64,000 bases of DNA from Eledone cirrhosa. Lineage: Eukaryota. Under the pieces are notes generated by a model. It was not told the DNA's origin, searched no databases, and saw nothing but the letters and a program-made list of their open reading frames with translations. The position numbers and the translations under genes were made by a program. Shown here piece by piece: positions 37,565 through 52,131 of this stretch. Within the stretch, counting starts at the first letter, position 1; every line of letters begins with the position of its first letter. Location: the NCBI GenBank assembly GCA_964016885.1, contig OZ024742.1:161324001-161388000 (forward strand), written 5' to 3'.

Positions 37565-37920
37565 GGTGGAATGGCAGAATCGGTAGAGCGTCAGACCAAA
37601 TGTTTTGCGGCATAGAATTACAGACTTCTACGTTCTGATATCAAATCCTGCCAAGGTTAGCTTTGCCTTTCATCCTTATGGGGTTGCTAAAATAAAGCAC
37701 CAGTCATGCACTGGGGTCGATTTAATCGACTTTCCCCTACCCCAAATTGCTTTTGGCACAAGGCCAGCAATTATCCCAGTGTATTACTGGTGCTTTATTT
37801 TATCGAACCCGTAAGGATGAAAGACAAAGTTAACCTCAGGATTTGAACTCGGACCATAAAGGGCCATAACTCTTTGCTGCAAAGCATGGAGTCAGGCCCT
37901 CTACCAATTCTGCCAATCCT
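37565..37920. mobile_element. Two abutting second-family SINEs in inverted, tail-to-tail orientation
   Basis: 37565-37748 on plus and 37750-37920 on minus. Confidence 0.75.
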
Positions 37921-39372
37921 CCAACCTAAAGGGTTAAACAATAACAACAGATTGCGAATTTTGGCCATTGAAAAAGTTTACCCAAAGCCAGTTCATTGCA
38001 GGGTTACACTACCTCCACTCCCAGCTGCTGCTGGTGGTACTCATTTATTTCAGCTGAGTAAACTAGAGCAATATAAAATGAAGTGTCTTTCTCAAGGGCA
38101 CAATGCACTGCCCAGTCTGGGGATCAAAACCATAATATTAGAATTATTAGGCCCAACACATTTGGCCACACATCTTCACATTGAAAGCTGTTGAATATCC
38201 ACAGCTGAATTAAAAAACAACATGATCTTACTATATATATTCTTTTAATTACGATATTCATTAATTAATTAGCAACTAAACTATTTTTAGTTTCTATTTT
38301 TTGTCCAGTTGGTAAACTAATAAAAATGGATGCTAAAATTAGCAAGTACTTCTCTTCAATTGGAAATGATTCAACCGTCTGTACTTCAACACTACATTTT
38401 AATGTTTCTTTAAGCCATTGACAGAAATAGTGATTCCATTCAGTATTTCTTTTCATGACTATCCTCTGAGTCAAAATACACCTGAGGAAAACTTTGTCCT
38501 TCAACCCTCTGGGGTTGATAAAATATGTACTAATAAAACTGTAACATGGCTGGCATTCGGAAGAGTATCTAGTTATAGAAACCAAGCCAAAAGCAGAATG
38601 TACTAATAATGCTGTAAAATAGTTGGCATTAGGAAGGATATTCAGCCTTAGAAACAAGGCCAAAAGTGAACCTATCTAGCCTCAGAACATGGCAGTCCAT
38701 CTAACCCATGCAAGAATGAAAAATAACTGCATGTCACAACAGTGCTCCTACGACACCATCAGGAGTTAGGGCTTCATATATACATACATTGATATTATTA
38801 TCATCATCACTATCATTGTTTTACATCCATTTTCCTTCTAGCATGGGTTGTATAGGTTATCTTATTCTGAGACTAGACATGTCTGGGGGCCACACCATGT
38901 TTATACATTCCATTTTGGCATGGTTTCTATGGCTGGATGCCCTTCATATCACCAACCATTTTACATAGTGTTCTGAGTACATTTTATCATGGCACCAAAA
39001 TTCCTTCTTTAACAATGCGCTGGGTGCATTTTATCATAGAACCAACACTACCACTTTACAGAACATACTGGGTGCAGTATGTTGTAGCACCAACTCTACC
39101 ATGTTACAGAGTGTACATTTCATCACGACACCAACACTGTCGCTTTACAGTTTATATTTTGTATGTTTTATTGTAGCACCAACACTACCACTTTAAAGAG
39201 TGTACTGGGTGCATTTTATTTTAACACCAATACTACTACTTTACAGAGTGTAAGCCATCTATTGAAGTAGTTATACAGCTCCCATACCAAGTTGTGCTCT
39301 TGTATCAACATAATAAATATTATTTCTTCTCATTAACCCTTTTGTTGGCACATTTCTAATAAATGATTTGGG

Positions 39373-39844
39373 CAAGGCCAAATTTTGTGGTGAGGGTGGC
39401 GAATGCCTGGGGCCCCCTCATCAAACAGGACCTCTTCTTTGAGCATGGCCCCCACTTCAAACATAGCTACTACCACTTTTTAAGAATGAGGCCCTGATCA
39501 TATGCATAATTTTATCTTTTAGAGAATATGTTTTAACAAATGTAATTGATGTCGCTTTTGTGCCAATTTATCAAAATTTCTTTACTTTAATGACACCAGT
39601 TGGCAAAAGTAATGGGAACTGCTGTATTTGGTATATATGTACACATGTGTAGTATGTTTATGTATAGTTTATCAATGATGGTGTTTGATGTATATAAATA
39701 TTTATATGTGGTTATATGCTTGTGTGTGTGTGTATGTACACAATGACCATTCTTTTGCTACTTCCTTCATTTTACCTCACGACCTGGTAGTGGGCTGATG
39801 TATTTAAAGAAATTAAAACCTTTTCCTCTATTTAATCTCTGCTG

Positions 39845-39885
<41 letters not shown>

Positions 39886-39985
39886 TTATGTATATATGTA
39901 TATGTGTGTGTGTGTGTGATTTGTTATATGAGGTGGCTACTAAACCTGAACAGCCCCGGGCACCCAAGATCTAAATCTGGTCCTG
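39373..39985. mobile_element. hAT-like MITE nested in a TTAA MITE
   Basis: Imperfect TIRs CAAGGCCAAATTT / AAATCTGGTCCTG with GGGCCCC subterminal motifs. Confidence 0.45.
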
Positions 39986-41869
39986 GACACTACCTCTGAT
40001 TTAGAAAATAATCAAGAATATGAAGGGATTTAGTAATATAACTAACTTTCTCAATATTAAGCTGCTGTTTGGAACATAACTTAACAAACGTTTTTACATA
40101 AAATTATGATGAAAGATTTTTAGATAGATATAAACATTGTAAAAAAAGCAGTTTTGTAAAGTAGATGTAGATGTGATTTGGCATCAAAAGGGTTAATTAG
40201 AAATGAAGAACTTAAACCTTTTCATTAAATTTCTTCTTAATTTGTGTATATAGTTGTTCAAAATCACTGTTCAATTTCTATAGTTCAAATACAACACTAT
40301 TAGCCAATGACATTAAAGAGTTTGTTATTTGTGTCCCTCACACATAAACATTTTGTAGTATCTCCCTATCAACACTCTTAACTCTCCCTAAAAGAAACAG
40401 TCTACTACTGAACAGGAATAAGTACTATGTGTAATATAGCTCTTTACAATAGGCTTCTGCATTGTTTCCTTCAACCAAATTCCACTCATAAGGCATTGCC
40501 CAGCCTGAAACTATGATAGAAGATGGTATTTTTTTTTTTTTTTTTTTGGTCCTGTTTAATGGGAGAAGGAAAAGCAATACTCCTGGCCCTTTTCAGAGCC
40601 TCTGAGACTAGTTAGGTTTCCTCAAGAAACTTTGTCCGAATGCTTACAACAGAATGGATGCCATTAAATGTACTAATCTTTGTCTCTTTTCTCCTAGACA
40701 GGTTGGGAGACCACATTTCACTTACATAAGTTTCTGGTCTTTAGAATGTCAGTAACAAGAGGTACATTGTAATACATAGTATGAATAACAATGTCTTAAC
40801 ATTCTTAACATGCTTAAATAATGTTTACTTTCACTGTTTACTGAAGAAATTTTAATAAAGGACCTATCCTATATATATCATTCAGTGCACTTCCTCCCTC
40901 TTGTCAACTTTGTTACCTAAATTAATACTATTGGTCCTTAGTCTTAGGTCTGCTTGATCACAGTTGACCTGGGGCTAAACAACAGCATATTCTCATATTT
41001 CTTAACCAGAGTTATAAATGAAAAATAATGTTATCTTACAAAAATATTAATCTAAATATATAATACACATGCTTGTAGCTTACTAGAGCCTTGTGTGTGT
41101 GTGTGTGTGAGCGTGTGCATGCGTGTAAGTATGTAGTGGCCAATGGCAATAATGGGAACCACACTTTTGGTTGATTGGGGAAGTTATGTGCTTTCCAGGC
41201 TTTTCAAGCCTGTCTTGTAGCTTTTATGGTCCTAGCTATACTATTATTCCACCATCATGTAACTTTCCATCGGGCTACTACCTTGGCTTGGTCTGTAGTA
41301 ACCCATCCAATCCATGTCAGCATGGAAAAGCTGATACAAAATTATCATGATGATTATAATGATTAACCTCCATCACAGTCACTGTTTCAGTTGTTTGGTC
41401 AACAGAATGGCCTACTGCTTAAATTAACATGTTAGTGTCTAAGTATTCCTCAAACAATTGTACTTTTAATATAATACTCAGAGAGATCCAGCATTGTGAA
41501 AAGATCAACCCAAGACTATGATAAAAGACTTAGATGTCATGTTGTGGGACAAGCACATAACATATATACAGTATGACTACAAGTTTTCTTCACAATCAAG
41601 TTCTTTGTTCAACACAATATTTCTATATGTGGAACAATAGCAGCAACTAGGTTACAGGCTTTTTTTTTCTCCATTACTTAAATAAAAAGGAAAGCCAGCA
41701 AATTTCTCTTATACAAAATCTGGTATATTAAAGAAACCATCCAGACAACTTGATATACACTCCAACATGGAATGAAAATGAATGCTTTTGATACCAAAGC
41801 ACCTAAAACTGCCTCTGACACAAGGCTGTTTATTTAAAGTGTTCTTCTGAGTTAGTAGAAATAGTAATA

Positions 41870-42910
41870 TAGGTTGGGTAGGCATACTAACGGCAGAGAA
41901 ATAGGTAATAGAAGAAGTTGGAATATGTAATAGGAAAATTAAATTTAGACCTATTACCTTTACATCTGTATATGCTCAACAATCTGGGCTTGCAGATAAA
42001 CGGGGACACTGATATCATTGACCTTAATGGTCATATTGGGCAGAACCAGCATGGAGGTTATGGAGTTGGGGGTGAGAAATAAAGAGGGATCAAAGCTCCC
42101 TGTGATGCAAATGACTTGACAGTCTGTAACACAAACTTCAGAAAACTAGCCAGTCACCTGGTCACCTACCAATCAAGCAAACACACATGACAGACATTAT
42201 TCTCACCAGAAAACAAGATAAGCAAGTGATTGTAAATGCTAAATCTTTAACAAGAAAAGAATGCACCACCCAACATAGATTAGGGATTAGGAACTTAAGA
42301 GCATGAGCTAGATACACACAGAAACCTAAAACAGTATGGAAAAGAAGGATACAAAAGCACAAAGAGACATTAAACAACTATAGGTTTAGAGCTATACCAG
42401 CTGAAGCTCTTGACATGGTAATGAGGAATTAGTCCTATAACATAGAGGACAACTGGAAACACTTGTGAGAGAAACTAATGAGCATCACAGATGATATCTG
42501 TGGTTGGAGCAAGTTACTAATCAGATGGTGACATGGTGGTGGAACTGTACAATAGAGAGAACCATAAAAGCTAAAAGACAGACACGAAAAGCCTAGAAAG
42601 CCCAATAGCAAGTAGCTAGAAGAGAAGCTAGATGGTAGTGTTATCTAGCAAGAAGAGAAGCAGAAAAAAAGAGATTTGCCAATGTTCTGCAGCATCAGGA
42701 TGAGATGTGTGGGGTGCTCTGGATTGTAAGGCAATGTACTAGAGAAAACCAAGGCATCATTGGAGTAAAGTGTGTATGAAATGATAACACTTACACATGC
42801 TAATGACGAAAAAGAAAGCGGCATGGAAGTTCTACCACAAGAAGTTGCTGAATAGGGAGAATGCATGGGAAAGAGAGTCTATTCCAAGTTGACTCATCTG
42901 AGGGACCAGC
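41870..42910 (+). pseudogene. Heavily decayed RTE fragment (APE and linker)
   Basis: Remnants of SVYAQQSG, CDAN-LTVCNTNFRK, HLVTY, ECTTQHRL and TWWWN, with many indels. Confidence 0.8.
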
Positions 42911-45296
42911 CCTAGAAAAGGTCAGGACACTGTCCTTCTTTCTTTGACCAAGCCAATATGAAAAGGATGTTTTCTTTTCTATCTTTAACCAATCCTGTTT
43001 TCCCTACCAATCCTCTCCCATACACACTTTTGTTTACAAACTCTGAACAGGAAAAGACTGTGTAATAGGGAGTTAGACATAACATCCTTTTTACTTATCA
43101 AACAGATATTTAGCCAGTAATTCTCTTAGTTGTTTATTAACAAAACAGGTTTTCCCCACTCTTTACCTAAAATATCGGAGAGTTATTTTAATAATTGAAT
43201 CGTCAAACATGAAAAAAAACAAGTTATTATTTATTTTTCAACTGTTAACTATCTACAAGTAGAGAGTTATCAGTGTTGTTGTTGATGTTATTGCTACTGT
43301 TGTTGTTATTGATAAGTCTCTATCAGTTGTACTATGAAACAGAGATAATAGATCAATTTCTTATAAGATATAGGTGCAGGTAAGGCTACAAGGTTAAGAA
43401 GTTCCCTTTGCAACCACATGGTTTTGGCTCAAATCCTACTGAGTGGAATCTGAGGCAAGTGTCTTCTACAGTAACTTTGTAAGTGAAACTTGGAAGATGG
43501 AACTTGTGTGGAAGCGTGTGTGCATGTGTAGCAAAATCTGTCTACACCTTGACCCCTAGGTGGCATTTAACGGTCATTTTCTGGGTTATCGCCTTTCAGG
43601 CATAAACACATCTGATTGGACGACCAGGGGACAGAGGAAGCTAGAGATATAAATAGCCTGTCTTAAGTCAAGCGACAATCAGTTCGAAGCAGTTCTTGAT
43701 AGAGTAAACATGTAGACTATTGCTTCCTACAGACCCTTTTGGGGTCTTACAGACTCTTACTTTCTCTTTCTCTCTTTCACCCAATCCCTATCTCTTGGTC
43801 TTTCTCTTAACCAAGCCAGTGAAGTTTATGAAGTTTTCTTGGTAAATACAATTTAATTCTACTTTTACAAACAAACAAATAATGTACATAATGCTTGTCT
43901 ATAATTGGTATAGCTCCGGCGTGAGCTATTTTCAAATCGCAAACAGGCACGTGTGTTTGTTTTCTTATGTCTTCACATTGACACCACTTGAACAGATGGT
44001 GATGTTTCTTTATATTCTGTATAAACAATATGTCCTCCTATGTGTGAATCTGTTCTATACTTGAAAACCAGTAAAGGTTGTCATCAGGATTGGCATCTGG
44101 TCATAGAATAGTCTGACAAAATTTTGTCTAACCCTCTACCTTTTGTCTAACACACGATTGCATGGAACAGCATAATGATGAAGATAAAACTGTATAAGCC
44201 CAGCAGCACAGATATATAAATACAAGATGGTTGGTGTTAGGAAGGGCATCCAGCTGTAAAAAAAAAAAGAACCTGCCAGAGACGCTTCCGTGTGAATGGG
44301 ACATGGTCTCCTGACCATTCCCACATCAAATGGAACAAAACCGTCTAACCCATGCTAGTGTGGAAGATGGACGTTAAACAATGATGATAATGATGAAGAT
44401 GGGTACAACTTCAGACATTTAAAAAACATTCTAGTGGTAGTACCTATCTGACAATAACTTGTCTTCTGGTCCATATTAACCTATGGCTAGGTTGCCTTAG
44501 GCTTTCAGGTATTTTGGGACCTCTTCTGGCATTTCAAACTTTCACCTCACTACAGCTCCCACCTCACTTCAGAGGAAAAAATAGACAGCTTTATGAATAA
44601 TATAGCCCCATGTGACTTTCAATATTTAGATTTATTTCTGTATGTTCTCAGCTGAAATATTGCCAGAGATGGCTTTAACTTTTATTTGTCTAGTATAATA
44701 ACTGTGCCACAGCACACACATGCAAGCATGCTGCAAGGTTTTGAGTTGAATCAGAAAATGTTAAGATATGTAAAAAAAAACCAAAAAAACGTGAGTGTTT
44801 TCAATGCACTGCAGCCAAGATTAGTGGTTAGTGTGTTTGGCTCACAATCTTAAGATCATGAGTTTGATTCTCAGTTGCATGTTGTATCTTTATTTCATAT
44901 TACCTCGTTCACTCAACTGATAAAAATGAGTTGTACCTACAATTCAAAAGGCTAGACTTGTCAGACATTATGTCATGCTGAACCTCCCTGAGAATTATGT
45001 TAATATTACATGTATCTGTGGAATGCTCAGCCAGCCACTTGGATGTGCAATTCATGAGCAGGCTATTCTGTATCTAGTACTGATATTAGAATATTTAATG
45101 GTCAATTTGAAATAGAGCCAACATTTTCCATATCACTTGTTACCAATTTTGCAGAGGCCCTCGTCTTACTTCTGTCTGGGGCTGTCTTCAGCTTTGGAGG
45201 CCAACATTTTACATCTGGCCTCGCTCTGTTACCTGCTTTGCAAAGGCCTACATTTTACATCTGACAAGGCCTGTTACTTATGAGGCCTACATTTTT

Positions 45297-45470
45297 CATC
45301 TGTTGTTGGTGGTGATGTTGTTACTGTTGTTGTTGTTGCTGGTGGTGGTAATTGTGTTGTTACTGTTGTTGGTGGTATTATTGTTGTTGTTATTGCTGCT
45401 ACTACTGTTACTGTTGTTAGTGTTAGTGGTAGTTGTTGTGATGTTGTTATTGTTGTTGTTGCTGTGGTTG
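45297..45470. repeat. (GTT/GGT)n microsatellite
   Basis: Direct inspection. Confidence 0.9.
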
Positions 45471-46785
45471 TTTAGCCTCAAGTTATACCTGATGAAACAA
45501 ACCTCTGATAGAAAATATCTAAGACTATGTTATTCAAGATGTCCATTTTTTCAGACAATACGGTGTAATTTGAGGGAAATTTGTCTGCTATTTATAGCAG
45601 ATTGAGGAACCACACAGAGGTTGCCTGGTTTTGTTGTACTTGTAATTATGGTGTAAAAAACCTTTGATATCAATTGACCTGAAAAATGATGTTAGAAAAC
45701 TAACAATTTTATGTGAACACTTTGTTAAGCAAATAGAAACTTATAATGATTTTTAATTTAGGCACAAAACCAACAATTTGTGGGGAGATAAAAGTCGATT
45801 ATATTAACCCCAATACTTTACTGGTGGGTGGCAAATTAGCAGAGTTGTTAGAACATCAAACAGAATGCTTTGCAATATTTATTCTGCCACTCTACACTCA
45901 GAGTTGAAAACCCTTTGCCTTTAATCCTTTCGAAGTCAATGAAAAAGTATCAGCCCAGTAGTGGGGTCAATTCTTCCTCTATATCTCTTTCCTCACTTTC
46001 TCTCTATCATGTTATCTCTCTTTCTTTGGAAGAAATCACCTGGGGATGGGCTCAGCCAAGTTTAAAATGCTCAAGGCATGTCATATTTCACCGCGGTGAC
46101 CCTACAACTCCACAAGGAGTCATGAGTCCATACATACTTTATTGATACTTTATTTTATTGATCTCAAAAGGTTGCAAGACAAATTTGACCTTGATAGGAT
46201 TTGAACTTACAACATGAAATAGCAGGACAAATACTCCCAAGTATCTGCCTGATGTTCTAACAACTGTGTCAATCCAATAACCTTATAGCAGATTAACAAT
46301 GAAAAAAATTGATATTTCACTAAATTCATCCAAATTAATACTTTCAAGATAAACACAGACATATAGATAATATTGAAAACGATTAATTAAGCTATTTCTA
46401 AATAATTTTCATATTCTATTTTTCTGCAAAATTATAATCATTATTTGCAGTAAACAATTTTACTGCTATATCATCACCAACTTCATCATCATCATCATCA
46501 ACAACACCATCACCGCAGCTATCATCTGTCACCACCACTACCACAATCATGTTTTTGTTTCTTTCATTAATTAGTCATTGTTGTTAGACAAATATTTATT
46601 AAATTATTTGATAAAACTTTTCTTTTAATTTTTTTTTTTTTTTCACATTCTGTAAAACTATAATTGTTTTCTGAAAAACAATTTATGCTGTATCATCATT
46701 ATCATCACCATCATCATCATTGTCATCATTGTTGTCTATGCTGTCATCATTGTCATCATATCAACATATCAACATAGAAATGATG

Positions 46786-46824
<39 letters not shown>

Positions 46825-47651
46825 TTATCCTCAACATCATCGTTTAATGTCCATTTTCCATGCTAGCATGGGTTCGATGGGATATCCCATTAGAGGGAAG
46901 TTGGGTCAGGTGACCATGTCTTGCTCATATAGTACTGTTTCTGGCTAGATTTCTACAGCTGGAAGCCCTTGTTAATGCCAACCACATTTACAGTGTGGGC
47001 TGGATGCTTTTTGTTATACCAACATAACTTTACAGTGTAAGGGTGGTGTGGACAAAAGTAGGAGAGTGATATAGAGGCATGAGGCGGTATATGGAAGTGG
47101 GTATAGTGGTTAAGTGGTTAAGAAGTTCCTACTGGATGTATGTGCAAGGGAAGGCAGGTCTTTTGTATATTTATATAATTATAATAGAATATAAAAGAAA
47201 AGCGATCACAGATATATAGATATATATGTTCAAATCGTAAGGGACCCGATTCGCTAAGGTGAAAAGAATGCTAACTATAGACAATTGGGTTCGCTTGTCT
47301 CAATTTAAGAATAAATCAAGAAAATAAATACAAACCAGAATTGTGGTAACTACCAGTCACCCAGACAACTTGTTGTTGTTTCGCAAAGTTAATTGTGAAT
47401 AGAAATACTAGTCCAAGCTCATCAGTGGGTGATGAATTAGTATCCTAGACACATCTATGTATGCTATATATAAAAAATAAAACAGCGCACATGGCATCCT
47501 AGCAAGTCTCACAAACCCACACCACTAGAAATAGCAGCCAGGCTTACTCGACATTTGAAATAGGTCAACAAATTAATGGAACCGAATATATTAAATGTAT
47601 ATATTGAGTTAGGAACTCAAAATACTCTCTTACAACAAAATAGCTCTATAG

Positions 47652-47710
<59 letters not shown>

Positions 47711-47936
47711 CGTATTTAAGAAAGCCACAACAATGCAGAGGGAAATCTCGAGGTAGGAAGTGAAAGATAGATAGGAAAAACAGGTGAAAGTGAAAATTGA
47801 GAGAGACAAAGATGAAAACAAAACAAAGGTAGAAGGGTTACCGTAGTAGAGATTTAATCCCAATATTTCGGGCTCACGCCCATCAACGGGGGAAAGTTCC
47901 AAAAGGGGGGGAACAGGCCAAGCAAACTTTAACACC

Positions 47937-47974
<38 letters not shown>

Positions 47975-48121
47975 ATACAGAAATGGCTTCTACAGGACTC
48001 TGCTATGTATTGAGTACCTTACTTACTGTGGTTACCTCCAGTGGAACCCAGGATAAACTTATATATATATAACGTATGTTTAGAGAGAGTTGAGCGGAGT
48101 TTGAAAATTGAATTAAAAGAT

Positions 48122-48412
48122 TTTGCTGTAAATTTGACGAAATAATATAGTCTAATAATAACAGGGTATATAAACCCATTGAGTGGGAAAAGATGGGCAT
48201 TAGCACACATGCAAATCGAACCTTCCCCTCTTGTTTGCCGGACAAGGATACTACCATTACACTGTTCGTTGGCGTGATGGTAGTATACTTATTAGGCAAA
48301 CAAGAGGTGTGGGTTCAACTATTATGTCTTCTGATGCCCATCTTTTTCTGTTCAGTGGTTTTATACACCCTGTTATTATTTGACTATATTATCTAGTCAA
48401 AGTTACAGCAAA
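48122..48412. repeat. ~290-bp imperfect palindrome (foldback element)
   Basis: The arms pair up to a loop of under 10 nt near 48265, e.g. CCTCTTGTTTGCC/GGCAAACAAGAGG and ATACTACCATTAC/GTGATGGTAGTAT. Confidence 0.85.
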
Positions 48413-48453
48413 GTCGGATATATATATATTCAATATATATATAGTCAATATAT

Positions 48454-49040
48454 ATATTCATTAGTTAAGCAAAACAAGACCACAAAATTCACATGGAAGA
48501 CGTTAGTTAAAGAGTGTCAACATAGTTGCAGTTTAATGTAAGGAATAAAGAGTGTACATTAATTGTAGTTTAATGTAAGGAATAATAATGTCCGTTTACA
48601 ATTGTTTCGCTACTCCATATAATGTTTCTGGATCAATTGATTATTAGATCGTTATTGATCTGGTTCAGTAATGTTGTAATCTATGTAATCTTACAGGCAC
48701 GTAACCATCTTACTTTATTTTATTTTATATTTATTATTCCATCTTATCTATATCAATATCTTCATTATCTCATCTGACGTTCTGAAGAACTGCTCCATAA
48801 CATTACTTAAGTTACTTATCTTCCTCTGAACCAGATCAATAGCGATCTAATAATCAATTGATCCAGAAACATTATATGGAGTAGCGAAACAATTGTAAAC
48901 GGCCATTATTATTCCTTACATTAAACTATAATTAATGTACACTCTTTATTCCTTACATTAAACTGAAACTATGTTGACACTCTTTAACTAACGATTTCCC
49001 TGTAAAGTTTGTCGTCTTGTTTTGCTTAACTAATGAATAT
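48454..49040. repeat. Inverted repeat, 215-bp arms (48454-48668 / 48826-49040), Penelope-end-like
   Basis: Direct reverse-complement comparison; overlaps a hammerhead motif. Confidence 0.9.
48778..48901 (+). ncRNA. Type I hammerhead ribozyme motif with long stem II
   Basis: CGUU-CUGAAGA-a-CUGCUCCAUA...UAUGGAGUAG-c-GAAA-CAAUU-GUA-AACG. Stem I CGUU/AACG, palindromic stem III. The first stem II pair is an A.C mismatch. Confidence 0.6.
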
Positions 49041-49511
49041 TTCCAGCTCTGTGCACCTAATCTCTGCATGAACCCAGTTCTCTAGCTGCCTCCCACTGCA
49101 TATTGCACATTGAGCACATGCCTTTACGCTTTTGGCTTCTAACACCTTCACCAATCTCTCTTCTCCTCTCTTATCTCCATCTCTCTATTTAGGATTGGTT
49201 TACTCTTGAACTGTGTATTCAATATATATATATATATATATATAATATAATCAAAATGGATAACTTGTGTTTTCTAAACTAAAGTGTTTTCTCCAAAATT
49301 TTTTTTACCTGTTCCTTCCTCTTCTCTCTCTCTATCTTTTCATTTCATCTTATATTTCTCATTCTATCTTCTGTTGAAGGACTAATGTCTAAAACATAAG
49401 GTCTCTTTTCCTGCTATATAAGGCGTTAAACTAATATATTTCTTCATTGCACTGTGTAGTTTGCTTTATTGTTTCCTTTTACTTTTTGTATACATATATA
49501 TGTATATTTAT

Positions 49512-51890
49512 ATCATCATCATCATCGTTTAATGTCCATTAATCCACGCTAACATAGGGAGCTTTTTACCGTGTTACATACATGGCCACATTACAGCATG
49601 GACTGTGTGTTTTTTTTTGTTGTGACACCTACACGACCTCATTAGTTTGGACTGGATGTTGTGGTACCAACATAACTTTACAGAGAGAGGGTGGTGTTGG
49701 TGGGAGTGGGAGGATGGAATAGGAGTAGTGGGTTGGGGCGTATATTTGGTTAAGAGGTGCCAACTGACTGTAGGTTTCGCTTTGTATATAGGTAAGGCAG
49801 GTCTTCTGTATTACTGCGTGGCACCAAAGATCTCAGTCCAGTGACATTGTCCAGTGACAGGTGCAAATGTGTAAGGTCGGAATTTATCAAATCGTCTCAG
49901 GTTTTTCTGGGTCTACCTACTCCGTAATTTCCATCAATTTATATCGCCCTGCACGTTTTTATGCAGCTGTCATCTTTCATGCGCATCACGTGACCATACC
50001 AACGTAATCTTCTCTCAAGTTAACAGCATCTGATCCCTCTTATTCCTAATTTCTTACTTAGTTCATTTATGTTTTGTCGTTCGCGTATATTACTATTACA
50101 CATCCAACGGAGCATGCATGCTTCATTCCTTTCCAGTCTATGCAGGTCCTCTGCACACAATGCCCATATCTCACTGCCATGTAACATTGCTGTTTGTATA
50201 CAGGCATCATACAATCTGCCTTTCATTTTTAGAGAGAAACCTTTTGTGGCCAACATCGATATAAGCTCTCTAAATTTTTTTCATCCCGTTCTGACTCTGG
50301 CTACTGTACTTTCAGAGCACCCACGACCACTGCTGGTTTTGTCACCCAGGTAACGGAAAGTGTCCACTATTTCTATAGAACCATCTGGGCAATAGAAGGA
50401 GCTAGTATCCTGCAGGCACTTGCTACTTATTGCACCTGAGCATCGGCCACATATAAAATCTACGTTCTTAGATAGCTTATTTGTGATCCCACTACATCTT
50501 TTATGTACCCATAGTTTGTATATGGGACATAAAATGGAATTTATACCTACTCCTTTCCTGCACACTGAGTATGGCCATTTCCCAGAGGGCACCTGTGCCC
50601 TATTTTCCTTTTTACATACTAGAACTTTAATCTTAGACAAGATAACTTTAAGGCATTTTGTTTCTAGGCCATGCTTCCATGTTTGGAATTTCTTCTCTAA
50701 TTCAGCCATCGATTCAGTTATGACAGTTAGATCATCTGCATATAGAAGTTCCCATGGGCAGCAGGTCTTAAACTCCTCTGTTATAGCCTGAAGGGCAATA
50801 ATAAATAGAAGGGGGCTAAGGACAGAGCCTTGATGAACACCAACTTTTATGCTAAATTCTTCACTATATTCATTGTTAATTCTAACTTTGCTGACTGTTT
50901 CTTTATACATGGCTTGTATAGCTCTCACAAGCCATTCATCTACACCTAGTTTTCTAAGAGTCCACCAGATAATGGAGCGAGGGACTCTGTCAAAGGCTTT
51001 CTCCAAGTCAACAAAAGCTAAGTAGAGTTGTTTACTTTTAGCTAGGTACTTCTCCTGTAGTTGTCGTACAATGAAAAGAGCGTCTGTGGTACTTTTACCT
51101 GACACAAACCCGAATGGCATTTCAGCTAGATCAATTCGCTCTCTGATTAGTTGCGCTATTACTTTTTCTGTGACCTTCATGACCTGGTCAACTAACTTAA
51201 TGCCTCTATAGTTTCCCCTATCTAAAGCATCTCCTTTACCCTTATAGCAGTTAATGATGCTGCTGCTACGCCAGTCATTTGGTATGACCCCATTCTGTAT
51301 TACTTGGTTTACTATCCGGGTGACCATAGTATGTCCCACCATTCCAGATGCTTTCAACATCTCAGCAACTATGTCCGAAGGCCCAGCTGCCTTGCCTGTC
51401 TTCATATCTTTGATTGCCTTACTTATTATACTACCTTTAACTTGCACCGCTGGCCCCTCTATTTGATTGATTTGGAGCAGACTATCTTTTTCCCATTTAT
51501 TCTCCCCATCTAGTAGTCTCTCATAGTGACACTTCCAAGCTACTTTCTTATCAGTATCAGTGAGGGCAAGTACACCATCTTCATTACAGACACACTTCTC
51601 CCCGACAATATCACGGTTTTCCTTGACACATTGTCTAGCAATCCTTATCACCTCACATTTTTGGTCCTCGCATTGTAGAACATGCTTAAACTTTCTATCC
51701 TCTGCTTCCCTTCTTGCGAAGTACACTTGTCTCCTAGCCACTTGATAGTGTTCTCTACTTCCCCCATCCCGCCATACTTTCCAAGCCTACTTTTTGGCCT
51801 TGATTGTGATTGTCTCCTCCACCTTACTGTTCCACCACCAAGTTACTCTCCTCCTGCCTATAGGTCTGCTCCAGCCACAGATTTCATCTG
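49512..51890 (-). pseudogene. 5'-truncated, decayed RTE family A copy
   Basis: ORFs 50281-51741 and 50020-50256 are highly similar to the intact ORF, with stops; 3' UTR and (GAT)n tail on minus. Confidence 0.95.
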
Positions 51891-52055
51891 ATTTCATCTA
51901 TATATATTTATATTTACATATATACATATATATGACAGGGATCTTTAAAGTTTCCATCAATCAAATTTCATTTATGAGGTTAAGTGCCCCACAGTGGGTC
52001 TGAATGCAAAACCATGTGGTTGCAAAATGAACTACTTAACCTACAGCCATGCTTG

Positions 52056-52131
<76 letters not shown>

